A stretch of DNA of 64,000 nt from Candidatus Obscuribacterales bacterium (GTDB lineage Bacteria; Cyanobacteriota; Vampirovibrionia; Obscuribacterales; Obscuribacteraceae), in the NCBI GenBank assembly GCA_965228855.1, contig CBDDIJ010000002.1, forward strand, positions 768,001-832,000. Direction: 5' to 3'. The position numbers were made by a program, and so were the translations under genes. Positions 1 through 9,671 of this stretch are shown piece after piece. The notes under the pieces were generated by a model. The model did no database searches, was not told the origin of the DNA, and was given only the letters and a program-made list of their open reading frames with translations. Within the stretch, counting starts at the first letter, position 1; each line of letters begins with the position of its first letter.

Positions 1-593
1 CCAAAACGCGCCTTGCCATGCATGAAACGAGAAACAGCAAATGCCGCTCCCCATATCGACGAGTACAGACAATGCAGCGGAACGCGCACTAGAGCTCCAA
101 GGAGGAAGAACTGAGAAGCCGTTCCGGCACTCTGCTGAAGCAGATAGATGTTGTGGAAGAAGTTTTCGTGCAGAGCAAAGCCCAATCCGGCTGCAGCACC
201 CAAAACCATTCCATCTCCAGGATGGCGGATACCATCCGGCTTGACAAACTCGATGAGTAAGAAGACAGCGAAAAATTTCGCCAGTTCCTCAATCACGCCC
301 GCGCGCAGGACGAACCATCCGAGCTGGTCACCGCTCACCAACCAGGCAATTGGTTTGCCCAGAAAGTCGCCGATTCCCACGAATAGTGGAGAAACAGCAT
401 AGGCGATCGCCATGCAGATGGCGCTGTCAGTGACTAAAGAGGATGAAGCATCTTTCTTCCTCGCACAGAAGAAATAAAACCATGCTACCACCGGCAGTAT
501 CGCAAGCAGCGCACTCAATGCACCTGTGCTATATGTGTCAAGCCCCAGGTTGAGCAGCGCGGAAGCCAGGACAAGAATGTAGAGTACTTTCAT
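1..593 (-). CDS. prsW: PrsW-family intramembrane metalloprotease (3' end runs off the window; absent from the ORF track)
   Basis: Manual translation from ATG at 593 (RBS GAGG): MKVLYILVLAS...GVIEELAKF...GMVLGAAAGLGFALHENF...LVRVPLHCLYS. This gives the EExxK, FxxxEN and His motifs in a hydrophobic protein. Confidence 0.85.
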   Translation of the reverse strand, partial: MKVLYILVLASALLNLGLDTYSTGALSALLAILPVVAWFYFFCARKKDASSSLVTDSAICMAIAYAVSPLFVGIGDFLGKPIAWLVSGDQLGWFVLRAGVIEELAKFFAVFLLIEFVKPDGIRHPGDGMVLGAAAGLGFALHENFFHNIYLLQQSAGTASQFFLLGALVRVPLHCLYSSIWGAAFAVSRFMHGKARF

Positions 594-780
594 TATTAGT
601 ACCTCACTTACGTTTTGAATGTTCAGAGGAGCAAGCCGCAGCCTTTACGTGCCGCGACTTGCTGTTTTGATGCGCACAGTCCGCGTAATATTCCACAGCA
701 ACCACATCACACCAGATATGGTGTCATGGCTTTGACTTTCACATCTCGTCAGTTTACGAAGAACTCCGCATCGCGCCAGT

Positions 781-2886
781 TCACACGGAAGTTGCAAGCA
801 AACGCTGAGGAATGCGGATTTCCAGCTGGGGAAGCGCCTTCAGCAGCTCATCCTCAGACAGGGGCTCCAGTGATACTTCAGGCAGCCCCTCGCCAAAATG
901 CCCATCCCAGAGTTGCGCGAACTTGACACGCAGCATGGTTTCGTCTTCGGTGAGCACCGGAGCCAACTCATGCATAAGCTCTGTCAGCGGCTTGAGAACA
1001 CGCTCCGCGCGCAACATACAATCGGCGAGAATCAAGAAGATCTCGTGATCGATCTGGTTGGAACTTTCCGGTCCGATACCGTAGCCTCCGCTCTGAGCCA
1101 TAGTCATGCCCAAATACGGATTGTCACTGGTTCGACCAACGGAGATGGTGCCGAGGTTGCTCATGCCGAAGCGAGTGACCATGTGCTTGGCGATGTCGTA
1201 CGCGCGATCGATGTCGTTTTGCGCGCCGGTCGAACGCGTGCCGAGGAACATCTGCTCCGCGCGGGTAGCCGCCAGCAGCGTGGTGATGCGACCGCGCAGC
1301 TGTTCCCTGGTCTGACAGAACGGCTCCTCGTCGCCCTGAAAGGCCGTGTAACCGCCGGCGCCACCAGCACCGATGATGGTGATCTTTTGAACCGGATCGT
1401 GCCAGAGCCCGCTCCAGTCGCGGCTCAAGCGATAGAGGTATTCACCGACGAGCGCATGACCGAGTTCGTGATAAGCGAGAAGCCGCTTCACATTCGCACT
1501 CAGACGCTTCGACTTGCCCTCAGTCGCCTGACCTCCCATGAAGATCTGAGAGATACCGACATCAAGGTCCTCGCGCGCGACAAACTCCGCTTTCCTGGTG
1601 CGACCGAAGAGCTTACGAGTCCTCTTAATAGCCGCAAGAGGAGCGTGTACCTTAATGACGTCAGCGATGTCCGACCCAACCATGCCGGCCATAGCACCAG
1701 CCAGCTCCCACAGATCGATGGCAGGGTCCAGCTTGACGTTGCGAGCATGAACTTTAATGATTCCGAGCCGACCCTGGCGATCAGGTTCTGACACTATAAT
1801 TTGCGTGCCGAAGCGACCGCCGCGTTTGATAGCCGGGTCGAGAACATCAGGTCGGTTGGTCATGCCGAAGGCAACGAGACCATCAGAGGTATCGAAGCCG
1901 TCGATTTCAGTCATCAACTGCATTAGCGTCTGTTGACGTTCGTCATTTCCGCCACCAACTCCGGTACCACGATGCTGACCGACGGCGTCGAGTTCGTCGA
2001 TAGCCAGGATGCAAGGCAGATTCTTGCGAATCTCAGAGAACAAGTCACGCACACGCGCAGCGCCGACTCCGACGAACATTTCGACGAATTCCGGGGCGTT
2101 GACGTAGAAAAACGGCACGTTTGCTTCGCCGGCAACGGCTTTGGCGAGCAGCGTCTTGCCGGTACCGGGCTTGCCGACCAGAAGAATACCTTTCGAGAGT
2201 TTGCCGCCCAGCTCACGCAATTCGGCAGGATCTTTCAGAAATTCCACGACCATTTGCAGCTGTTCTTTAGCCTCGTCCACGCCTTCGACATCAGCAAACG
2301 TCACCTTCGGACCGTTCTCCGGCTCGAACTTCCTGTGTTTTGACTTGGCGAATTCGCCCGCGCCACCGCCTTGCTGCATATTGCGCATCGAGCGGAACAT
2401 CCAGAAAAGACCTGCGATCGGCAGAGCAAACATAATGAAGGTCAGAAACGTGCCGAGGAGACGCTCGACGCCTGACGCATTGCCGCCTTCGGACGGTCCC
2501 TGAGTGTACTCCTGTTGCACGTCCTTGCCGGCCATCGGCAACGACTGTTTCTTCACACCGGCTTTCTCAGCTTCGCCTGTAATAATGTTGTAGTCGAACT
2601 CACCGGGTATGTCGGCAACAACATTGCTCGAATCGCCGACACCATCGACGATCACCTTGTCGGGAAACTGCCTCAGCCCTTTCACGAACACCAGCTTTTC
2701 GATAGATGCTGGCTCGTTCTTGACGCGCTCAAGCGCTACGCTGAAGTCGATGCGCTTGGCATATGCGTAGTCGGCGGCAGGAATATAAGGACGTTCCATT
2801 GATGAAGTACCGAGCCAAACTGCGACGAACAGCATGCCGAAGCCAGCCCAGAGCAACCATTTCGGGGGTTCTTTGAAAGAGTTCAT
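781..2886 (-). CDS. ftsH: ATP-dependent zinc metalloprotease FtsH
   Basis: Two TM segments, Walker A GKPGTGKT, pore loop FVG, Walker B IDELD, SRH TNRPDVLDPA, zinc motif HELGH, TGAQND. Confidence 0.95.
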   Translation of the reverse strand: MNSFKEPPKWLLWAGFGMLFVAVWLGTSSMERPYIPAADYAYAKRIDFSVALERVKNEPASIEKLVFVKGLRQFPDKVIVDGVGDSSNVVADIPGEFDYNIITGEAEKAGVKKQSLPMAGKDVQQEYTQGPSEGGNASGVERLLGTFLTFIMFALPIAGLFWMFRSMRNMQQGGGAGEFAKSKHRKFEPENGPKVTFADVEGVDEAKEQLQMVVEFLKDPAELRELGGKLSKGILLVGKPGTGKTLLAKAVAGEANVPFFYVNAPEFVEMFVGVGAARVRDLFSEIRKNLPCILAIDELDAVGQHRGTGVGGGNDERQQTLMQLMTEIDGFDTSDGLVAFGMTNRPDVLDPAIKRGGRFGTQIIVSEPDRQGRLGIIKVHARNVKLDPAIDLWELAGAMAGMVGSDIADVIKVHAPLAAIKRTRKLFGRTRKAEFVAREDLDVGISQIFMGGQATEGKSKRLSANVKRLLAYHELGHALVGEYLYRLSRDWSGLWHDPVQKITIIGAGGAGGYTAFQGDEEPFCQTREQLRGRITTLLAATRAEQMFLGTRSTGAQNDIDRAYDIAKHMVTRFGMSNLGTISVGRTSDNPYLGMTMAQSGGYGIGPESSNQIDHEIFLILADCMLRAERVLKPLTELMHELAPVLTEDETMLRVKFAQLWDGHFGEGLPEVSLEPLSEDELLKALPQLEIRIPQRLLATSV

Positions 2887-3548
2887 TGTTACCCTCTTGT
2901 GTTTGTGCGCAGGTCTTTCCCTGCGCGGTGAATGACGGTGAGCAGCAGAAATCGTCTATGGAGCGAGCCGCGGCACCACAAACGAATTCATCTTCCAAAC
3001 CGTTCAGAATGACCTCACGCAGAGGTCGATTTTTCGTCGAGCGATCCCATGGAGCGAAAGTTTGAGGGTCGTGCTTGATTTGCAGATCAAATCTTCTGCT
3101 GCGAACCTCTCGATTTGACACACTTATAAATGCTGGCGGCTCATTCACTTCCGGAGGGGTATCGACGACGAATGTCTGCACCCTATCAACCGGCCGATCT
3201 GACCGCAACAATGAATTCAGCTTTGCCGCCGTCTGGAATTTTTGGCGGATAGCTCAAAAACGCCATTATTCGTGGCGCCGTGGCATAGTTCGCCATGTTT
3301 CACATGAGTCAAAACTGGCTGAGATGGGCCGTCCGTTTGCGAAAGTCACGGGCCACTATGACACTCGGAGGCTTCATCAGTAATGTTTTTTGACGCATCA
3401 ACATTGCTGGCACAGCTACTAGACGCGCTCGACTAGCCAATTTTATCTATGCGAGCGAGAAGTGTCTCGTCGGTTTCCGCCAAACTGGCCTATTGCCGAC
3501 ACATAACACCGACATGCATTAAAATAAAGCGTCTGCCTGGTCGGCAAA

Positions 3549-5021
3549 ATGAGCCTTGCAATCAACCTCGAGTATCAACCTTACGTTCCGCTCTACAGGA
3601 GGCTTTCGGATGCCTTGAGGAAGGCGATTTTGGACGGGCGGTTGCGACACGGAGACGTTTTACCATCGACACGCGAACTGTCGGCGACGATGAAAGTTTC
3701 GAGAGCCACTGTGCTCAAAGCTTTTGACGATCTCGAAACGCAGGGATTCATCAAATCAGTACCGGGAAAAGGTCTATTCGTTCGCTACGCGCCCACTGTT
3801 GAAAAGGTTGTAGCAGATCAGTTCTCCCTGCAAAAACAACTGATCCTATCCGATTACGCTCACCGAGTATTAGCACTAAGAAAGCACGAGTCAATCGTGC
3901 ACATTCCGGCAACAAACTTCGGCGGTCCAACAGCTGACCTGAGTCCACTTCATGAATGGCGCCAGCTCTTATTTCGTTACTGTCGACGATCGTTTTTGTC
4001 TGAGTCCAGCGAGTTGACGTGTATTTCCGACGAGCTGGAGCCGTTTGGGTACGAACCGCTAAGACAGGCTCTGGCTGCCTATCTTCATCGCTCCAGAGCG
4101 ATCCGGTCCGCAGCAGATCAAATCGCTCTCTTTTCGACAAAACAGGCACGGCTCGAGTTGATAGCACGGATGCTTCTTGATGCAGGAGATCTGATCGCTT
4201 TCGAAGATCCCGGATACCCAGAAGCACGTCACCTTTTCTTGTCGCATGGAGTCCGCGTTTTAAGCGTGCCGATCGAAGCTGATGGTATCAACGTTGATTG
4301 GCTCGCACAAAAACATCTGCCCATCAAATTCGTTTACGTGACACCCTCTCATCAAGATCCAACCGGCGTGACAATGTCGATGGAAAAACGTTTCAAACTT
4401 CTCGAATGGGCTCGAACCACAGGCGCTTATATAATCGAAGACGACTACGATTGCGAGTATAGTCACGGCAAAAAATCGCTGCCCTCTCTAATGGGGATGG
4501 ACCGAAATGACAACGTGATCTATCTTGCTTCATTGTGGAAGGTTTTGTTTCAGGTAAATCGATTCGGTATTGTCGTCTTACCGCGAACATTGATACCAGC
4601 TGCGGTGCAAACCAAGTTACACATGGAGAGACACTTGCCTCTGTTAGATCAGCTGGTAATGACCGATTTCATCAACGAAGGTTTACTCGAGCGACATATT
4701 CGAAGAACTCAGCAACGCCTTGCCCGAAAACGGCAAATAATGATCTACGGGCTTACAAAGAACATGCAATCCTTTCTCACTGTTCCAAAGGAAACTGCTG
4801 GAATGCATCTTGTCGTAAGATTTTTCGAGGAGATATCAGAGACCGACATTGAGAATTCGGCGCGCGAATGCGGAATCACTCTTACTGGAACATCCGCCTA
4901 TTATGCCGAAGAAAAGCGCTGTCAGGGCGAATACATCATCCCGTTTTCAGGTGTTGATGAGACTTCTACCGAAGAGCTCGTCGCGAACTGGGCATTGCAG
5001 CTCAAGAGGCTGCAGCAATGA
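3549..5021 (+). CDS. MocR/GabR-type GntR regulator with aminotransferase-like domain
   Basis: N-terminal wHTH (LPSTRELS...VSRATV), FEDPGY, YVTPSHQDPTG, IIEDDYD. Confidence 0.93.
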   Translation: MSLAINLEYQPYVPLYRRLSDALRKAILDGRLRHGDVLPSTRELSATMKVSRATVLKAFDDLETQGFIKSVPGKGLFVRYAPTVEKVVADQFSLQKQLILSDYAHRVLALRKHESIVHIPATNFGGPTADLSPLHEWRQLLFRYCRRSFLSESSELTCISDELEPFGYEPLRQALAAYLHRSRAIRSAADQIALFSTKQARLELIARMLLDAGDLIAFEDPGYPEARHLFLSHGVRVLSVPIEADGINVDWLAQKHLPIKFVYVTPSHQDPTGVTMSMEKRFKLLEWARTTGAYIIEDDYDCEYSHGKKSLPSLMGMDRNDNVIYLASLWKVLFQVNRFGIVVLPRTLIPAAVQTKLHMERHLPLLDQLVMTDFINEGLLERHIRRTQQRLARKRQIMIYGLTKNMQSFLTVPKETAGMHLVVRFFEEISETDIENSARECGITLTGTSAYYAEEKRCQGEYIIPFSGVDETSTEELVANWALQLKRLQQ

Positions 5022-6520
5022 CGAAAAAATCCGATGCGCCCAGCATGATGAGGATTGGTCATTCTGTCGTCCTACTGGATAGAACCGGCGGAGCGACACG
5101 ACAGCGACAATTGACCGATCAGATACGACGGGCAATCATAGACGGGGCCATTGAGCCTGGCTCCAAATTACCGTCCGTGCGTGAATTTTCTGCCGGACTC
5201 GACGTTTCTCGCTCTACTGTAGTCCGCTGTTTCGAGGAGCTTGCCAGTCAGGGCTATATTGCCACTTCTATTGGTTTTGGAACTGTCGTGTGCAAAAGGC
5301 TTCCGGGCGAGCTATCAGCCCAAGAGATTGCACCACCTGTGGTGCCGAATCAAGAACCCGTCATAAACAAAGTCGGCCTTTCACGCTATGCCTCAAGAAT
5401 TCTCAACGTCAAAGAGGTCGGCTCGCCAAAAGCGGCCCGAGCCTTGAATCCCGGGGGACCGCCGTCCGATGCCGCACCGATTCGAAAATGGCGCGAACTT
5501 TTGGAAAGGCACTGCCGACATAACCTCAATCAGGCAGAATGCGGAACTGATCCTTTTGGGTTGCCACCATTGCGCGAAGCCTACGCGGCCTACTTGATGC
5601 GCAAGCGTGCGCTCCAATGCAGGGCTGAACAGATAATCGTATTCAGTGCTCGGGAGTTACGGCTCGATCTAATCGCACGCATTCTTCTTCAAGAGGGCGA
5701 TGCCGTTGCTGTCGAGAACCCGGGCTATCCAGCCGTCCGACAACGGCTGATTGCAAACGGAGCTCGCGTTGTGCCAATCCCCGTCGATCACCAGGGTCTT
5801 AAGGTCGACTGCCTGGAGATGATGCAAGAACGCGTAAAACTTGTCTATGTGACGCCATCGCACCACGAGCCGACCGGAGCTGTGATGCCCCTGTCACGCC
5901 GACGCAAACTGATTGAATGGGCGAAACAGAACTCCGCGTTTATTGTCGAAGACGATTACGACTCAGAGTTTCGATATGATGGACGTCCCATTCCCTCACT
6001 GCAGGGGCTGGACGACACTGATTCCGTGATTCATCTGTCATGCCTCTGGAAGATCCTCTCACCTGTTTCCAAAATAGGATTTCTGACGATTCCCAATTGT
6101 TTAATCGATGTGTTTCAAGCAGCTAAATCGCTGGTAGAGAGAGATATGCCATTAATCGACCAGTTCGTCCTCACAGATTTCATCAACGAGGGACATCTGG
6201 AACGTCAGATCGCCGCAAACCGAAAAGTCTATGCTACAAGACGCAAACTTCTGGTGGAGGCGCTAAGGAAGCATGTCGGCAGCCTCTCGATTGCCAGTGA
6301 AAGTGCCGGCATGGACTTATTTGTGAAATTTCAAGCCGGTGCGGATGATTCGTTGCTAGTCACGATGGCTGAACAAGCCGGTTTCAAGCTCATTCCCGCC
6401 GGTCCGTACTATTTCGCCGGCGGCGGACAGAACGAGTTTGTCATTCCGTTTTCTCATCTGGACGAGAAACACATCGAATCAATCATTCAAAAGTTCGGCG
6501 CCTCACTCAAAGCTATTTGA
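5018..6520 (+). CDS. Second MocR/GabR-type regulator, translationally coupled (ATGA overlap)
   Basis: LPSVREFS...VSRSTV, VENPGY, YVTPSHHEPTG, IVEDDYDSEFRY. Confidence 0.93.
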   Translation: MTKKSDAPSMMRIGHSVVLLDRTGGATRQRQLTDQIRRAIIDGAIEPGSKLPSVREFSAGLDVSRSTVVRCFEELASQGYIATSIGFGTVVCKRLPGELSAQEIAPPVVPNQEPVINKVGLSRYASRILNVKEVGSPKAARALNPGGPPSDAAPIRKWRELLERHCRHNLNQAECGTDPFGLPPLREAYAAYLMRKRALQCRAEQIIVFSARELRLDLIARILLQEGDAVAVENPGYPAVRQRLIANGARVVPIPVDHQGLKVDCLEMMQERVKLVYVTPSHHEPTGAVMPLSRRRKLIEWAKQNSAFIVEDDYDSEFRYDGRPIPSLQGLDDTDSVIHLSCLWKILSPVSKIGFLTIPNCLIDVFQAAKSLVERDMPLIDQFVLTDFINEGHLERQIAANRKVYATRRKLLVEALRKHVGSLSIASESAGMDLFVKFQAGADDSLLVTMAEQAGFKLIPAGPYYFAGGGQNEFVIPFSHLDEKHIESIIQKFGASLKAI

Positions 6521-6708
6521 GAGGAATTCTATTCTTTCTACTACATCCTTCGTATTTTTTCTACTATATTCTATCAAATACATTCCCAACGTAATAGTAG
6601 AACCTGTGGACGTTTCGACTACTTCCTCACTCAGTCAAATCTCGTTTGGCTACGGGAGAGCGACGGATTTTCGAAAATCCGGCATCGCACCGTAGATAGT
6701 GTGTTAGG

Positions 6709-6714
6709 TGTCAA
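6709..6714 (-). promoter_or_regulatory. -35 box TTGACA at the IS downstream end (half of the junction promoter)
   Basis: In the circular form it lies 17 nt from TACGTT (7942-7947). Confidence 0.8.
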
Positions 6715-7673
6715 GCCAGAGTGCTGTTAAACCTGGAATCGAATGGTTGTTTCGAGCGATATACAGCGACCATCATACGGAGAAGTTTGCGTGAGGCGGC
6801 ACAAACAATTACTTTTCTGTTTTTTCCCTTTGCTGCCAGTCGTTTAGCGAATTCAGCCACTGGCGGATTAAACCGAGTGGCGGTAAGGGCGGCCATGTAC
6901 AACATGCTGCGGATCACTGGATTTCCCATCTTCGAAATTCTGGAACGTCCTCGGACTGAAGAACCGGACTCACGGATCATGGGATTCAGACCACAGAATG
7001 CTTCGATCTGGCGCAAGCTCGTAAACGAGTCCATCATCGACAGTTCTGAGAGAAACGTGAATGCTGTTCTCCAGCCGACGCCCTTAATCGTCTGGAGTAA
7101 TTTAGCGTTGCTTTTCAAAGCAGGATTCTCGGAGACCAGCGTCTTCGCCAGCTTTTCCAGTGTTTGAATTTCGTTGGTAATGAACTTCAACATACGCATC
7201 TGAGAGTCTAAAGCGCGCTGGTCCAGGCGTCCCGATTTCATTCGATTTGTGACTTGGGTTTTGGTTTTCTTTAGCGCAGCGAGCTCTCTACAAATGTCTC
7301 TCAGGGAGCGAATGTCAGGATCCATCGGAGACCAAGGAAGGGGCTCCATTTTAAAACAAAAGTCGGCGATGATTTCCGCATCGATTGCGTCGGTTTTTGA
7401 ACGTCTAAATTGGCTCTTGCCGAAGGCGTGTATCAGCGCTGGATTTACCACGCTGACTCGATAGCCAAGTTTGTGTAGAAACTCCGCAAGGGGCTCCCAG
7501 AGCTTCCCCGTAGCTTCCATGCAAAAGTGAACATCCTTACCGGATGCTTGAATCCATTTGACTATTCTCTTGAACCCAGCTGGGTTATTGCTGACGTGCA
7601 GCTTCGAATTCTTCCTGTCCTGGCGATGGCAGTCTAACGTCTCCTTCGATACGTCGATTCCAACAAAGATCAT
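6711..7673 (-). CDS. IS110-family DEDD recombinase/transposase
   Basis: GIDVSK, MEATG, KTDAIDA (DEDD); C-terminal IKGVG, GLNP..RESGSS, ISKMGN..IRSMLY; RBS AGGAGG. Confidence 0.96.
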   Translation of the reverse strand: MIFVGIDVSKETLDCHRQDRKNSKLHVSNNPAGFKRIVKWIQASGKDVHFCMEATGKLWEPLAEFLHKLGYRVSVVNPALIHAFGKSQFRRSKTDAIDAEIIADFCFKMEPLPWSPMDPDIRSLRDICRELAALKKTKTQVTNRMKSGRLDQRALDSQMRMLKFITNEIQTLEKLAKTLVSENPALKSNAKLLQTIKGVGWRTAFTFLSELSMMDSFTSLRQIEAFCGLNPMIRESGSSVRGRSRISKMGNPVIRSMLYMAALTATRFNPPVAEFAKRLAAKGKNRKVIVCAASRKLLRMMVAVYRSKQPFDSRFNSTLA

Positions 7674-7714
7674 TGCTCCTACCTCCTGTTGCTGGTTCGC
7701 TTGGACGCGGATAG

Positions 7715-7895
7715 AATCTTGTCAGGGCGAGCCTTGTTTACACGTGCTAAATCGGTCAGGATTTGCTGTAGATAGTGTTCAGCCTTAGAGGACAAGACAG
7801 GAGCGGAAGTCCGAAATCTACGCCTCTGACTTTCTAGCCGGAGACAAAATACTGGTTTCTTCCGCTCCTCTATCCTCGCGTCCTCGGATAGCCTT
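7715..7895 (-). ncRNA. IS110 bridge RNA (5' hairpin, target-binding loop, donor-binding loop); ends approximate
   Basis: Stems at 7870-7875/7886-7891, 7799-7809/7859-7869 (11 bp perfect) and 7717-7723/7791-7797. Guides ATTTTGTCT, CGTAG, ACACTATCT and ACAAG match the target and donor. Confidence 0.88.
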
Positions 7896-7941
7896 GCCGA
7901 CTGCACGCTCCTGGTCAACAGCAACGTACCAGTCAACATCT

Positions 7942-7949
7942 AACGTACA
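7942..7949 (-). promoter_or_regulatory. -10 box (TG-TACGTT) at the IS upstream end (half of the junction promoter)
   Basis: TAnnnT directly after the CT core, upstream of the bridge RNA. Confidence 0.75.
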
Positions 7950-8052
7950 AGACAAAAACCAACCGTCAAAAAACGCAGATCCGCGAAACGCCCAACTATC
8001 GAATCTTTTCACCAAAGTGCATCTAGTACCCCATATAGTAGCAAGGGCTGAG

Positions 8053-8089
8053 AAAAGACGAGGGGGCGCATGGGTAGCGACTCCTCGTC
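8053..8089 (-). terminator. Rho-independent terminator
   Basis: GACGAGG...CCTCGTC stem with a U-run on the minus strand, after the gene ending at 8105. Confidence 0.65.
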
Positions 8090-8104
8090 CTAAAGTGAAG
8101 CGGT

Positions 8105-8719
8105 TTAGCGGACGACCTGCCAGCGGTTCGCTTGGTCACCTTCCCAGCGGAGGTGCTGCTTGCGCCCCTGCCAGATCTTCAAACCGTGGCTGCGAAGCAT
8201 CGCTTGTTCCAGTTCGGCCATCGCTTCCGCCTGCCTGCAGAGCGCATGGATCTGTTCCTGGCAGGCGCCGAAACGCCAGCTCATCGAATCCGAGAACTCG
8301 CGCAATTCCTTGTCGTCCGGGTTGGCTTTCGCCTTTTCCCGCAGCGCGACGTCGGCGCCGAGAACATGATTGATCTCCATGTCCCAGATCGCCTGCTCCG
8401 CCTTGCGGCGAGCGTCGAACCAGTTGGACAGCGCGACGCCGACGTTACCCTCGTGCATCACGTCGATAAACGCCTGGCTGCGATTGGCATCGTCCGCGGT
8501 GGCACTCTTCGGCAACGACTCGGCAAGCGCGAGCATCTCGAGGAAGGCCGCTCGCTGCTGTTTCGTCGCAGTGAAGAGCGTTTCGGCCTGGCGCAGGAAG
8601 TCGACCGCACAGAGCACGCTCTTGAACTCCGCGAGGATGTTCTCGAACGTGCGGTCGAACAGTGCAGCTTGCATGGTGTAGAGCGAACGCATGCGCTGCT
8701 GATGTTGTCTCGTGTTCAT
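8105..8719 (-). CDS. Hypothetical alpha-helical protein
   Basis: ATG at 8719 with RBS GGAGGAG; coherent C/G-ending codon bias; 5 nt from the upstream gene. Confidence 0.75.
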   Translation of the reverse strand: MNTRQHQQRMRSLYTMQAALFDRTFENILAEFKSVLCAVDFLRQAETLFTATKQQRAAFLEMLALAESLPKSATADDANRSQAFIDVMHEGNVGVALSNWFDARRKAEQAIWDMEINHVLGADVALREKAKANPDDKELREFSDSMSWRFGACQEQIHALCRQAEAMAELEQAMLRSHGLKIWQGRKQHLRWEGDQANRWQVVR

Positions 8720-8724
8720 GGCTG

Positions 8725-9519
8725 TTACTCCTCCTGCCCGGCAAAATGATAGCTGCCGTCGACATCGAACCAGCACTGGATCGAATTGGAGGCAAGGAGC
8801 GCGTCCAGCGTGTGGTCGAGCGCCTCAGCCTGACGCAACAGCGCCGTGAACTCGAACAGCATCGTCCGGTCGCGAATCGTGAGCACCGACGGCTGGTACG
8901 CCTCGACCTGGGCACGAACAACGGCGTGACCATCGTCCCACGACTCGATCGCTTGACCCAGTTTCTTGCGCATGTTTTCGCGCGTGCGCGCCAGGTCTTC
9001 ACCTTCCGGCGAGCCGAGGAACGCGATGAGTTGCGCGTCCTGAGCCTTGTCGGGATCGTTGCCGAGGCGGGCGCACATGGTTGTCACCGCCGATGATGCC
9101 GTTTCGACGGTCTCCAGTATCGTCGAAACCGCACCACTGGAGATGACCGGATGCACAGCTTTGTTCAGCTGCTTCTTGAGCGTTTCGGCGAGCGAGCGGA
9201 CGATCCGCATCGCGGCACGGTGTTCAGACTGAAGCTGTTTGATCCGCTTCTTGACCGAGATCACGGTCTCTTGCGGATAGAGCTTCTCCTTCGAGGAGAC
9301 GAGGACGCCGTCTTCCCAGGTGTAGGTCCCCTCACCGACTAGCGTCTCCACGCCGTCGACCTCGAGGAAAACCTTGGCGACGCCGGTTTTGTTCGGCGTG
9401 CCGAAACTGAAGCGAGGAGGGCTCCCCGCCAAAAATCCGTAACTGACCAGCTGCACGTCATTGTACGTGACGCGCACGTTGCCCGGTTTGTCACGGGGCT
9501 CGAATAGCTCAACGAGCAT
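8725..9519 (-). CDS. Hypothetical protein (beta-rich N-terminus plus coiled coil)
   Basis: ATG at 9519 with RBS AAGGA; strong codon bias. Confidence 0.75.
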   Translation of the reverse strand: MLVELFEPRDKPGNVRVTYNDVQLVSYGFLAGSPPRFSFGTPNKTGVAKVFLEVDGVETLVGEGTYTWEDGVLVSSKEKLYPQETVISVKKRIKQLQSEHRAAMRIVRSLAETLKKQLNKAVHPVISSGAVSTILETVETASSAVTTMCARLGNDPDKAQDAQLIAFLGSPEGEDLARTRENMRKKLGQAIESWDDGHAVVRAQVEAYQPSVLTIRDRTMLFEFTALLRQAEALDHTLDALLASNSIQCWFDVDGSYHFAGQEE

Positions 9520-9671
9520 TCTTAAATTCCTTCTGCTTGTTTCAGATTCCAGCACCCGCACACGCGGGTACCAGCACGCAGTGGCTCTTGAAGAAGAGGG
9601 GGATAGGCGACCTCAGCCGCCTATCCCCGGTGTGCCCGAGCCAGGACACATCCAGCCTCAAGAAGCTGGAG

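Larger units (their letters stand above)
6694..7951 (-). mobile_element. Complete IS110-family (IS621-like) insertion sequence
   Basis: CT core (AG on +) at 6694-6695 and 7950-7951; no TIRs; long upstream non-coding end and very short downstream end. The junctions match the guides in the non-coding end. Confidence 0.93.
6561..8041. repeat. Copy A of the CTACTA/TAGTAG-bounded element with central palindrome, interrupted by IS110 (225 bp without the IS)
   Basis: CTACTATATTCTATC at 6561; palindrome core 6644-6695 plus 7952-7954; TAGTAG ends at 8041. Confidence 0.75.

Noticed and set aside
7679..8015. Short ORFs in the IS110 upstream end
   Set aside because: The region is explained by the bridge RNA, and one ORF crosses the IS boundary.
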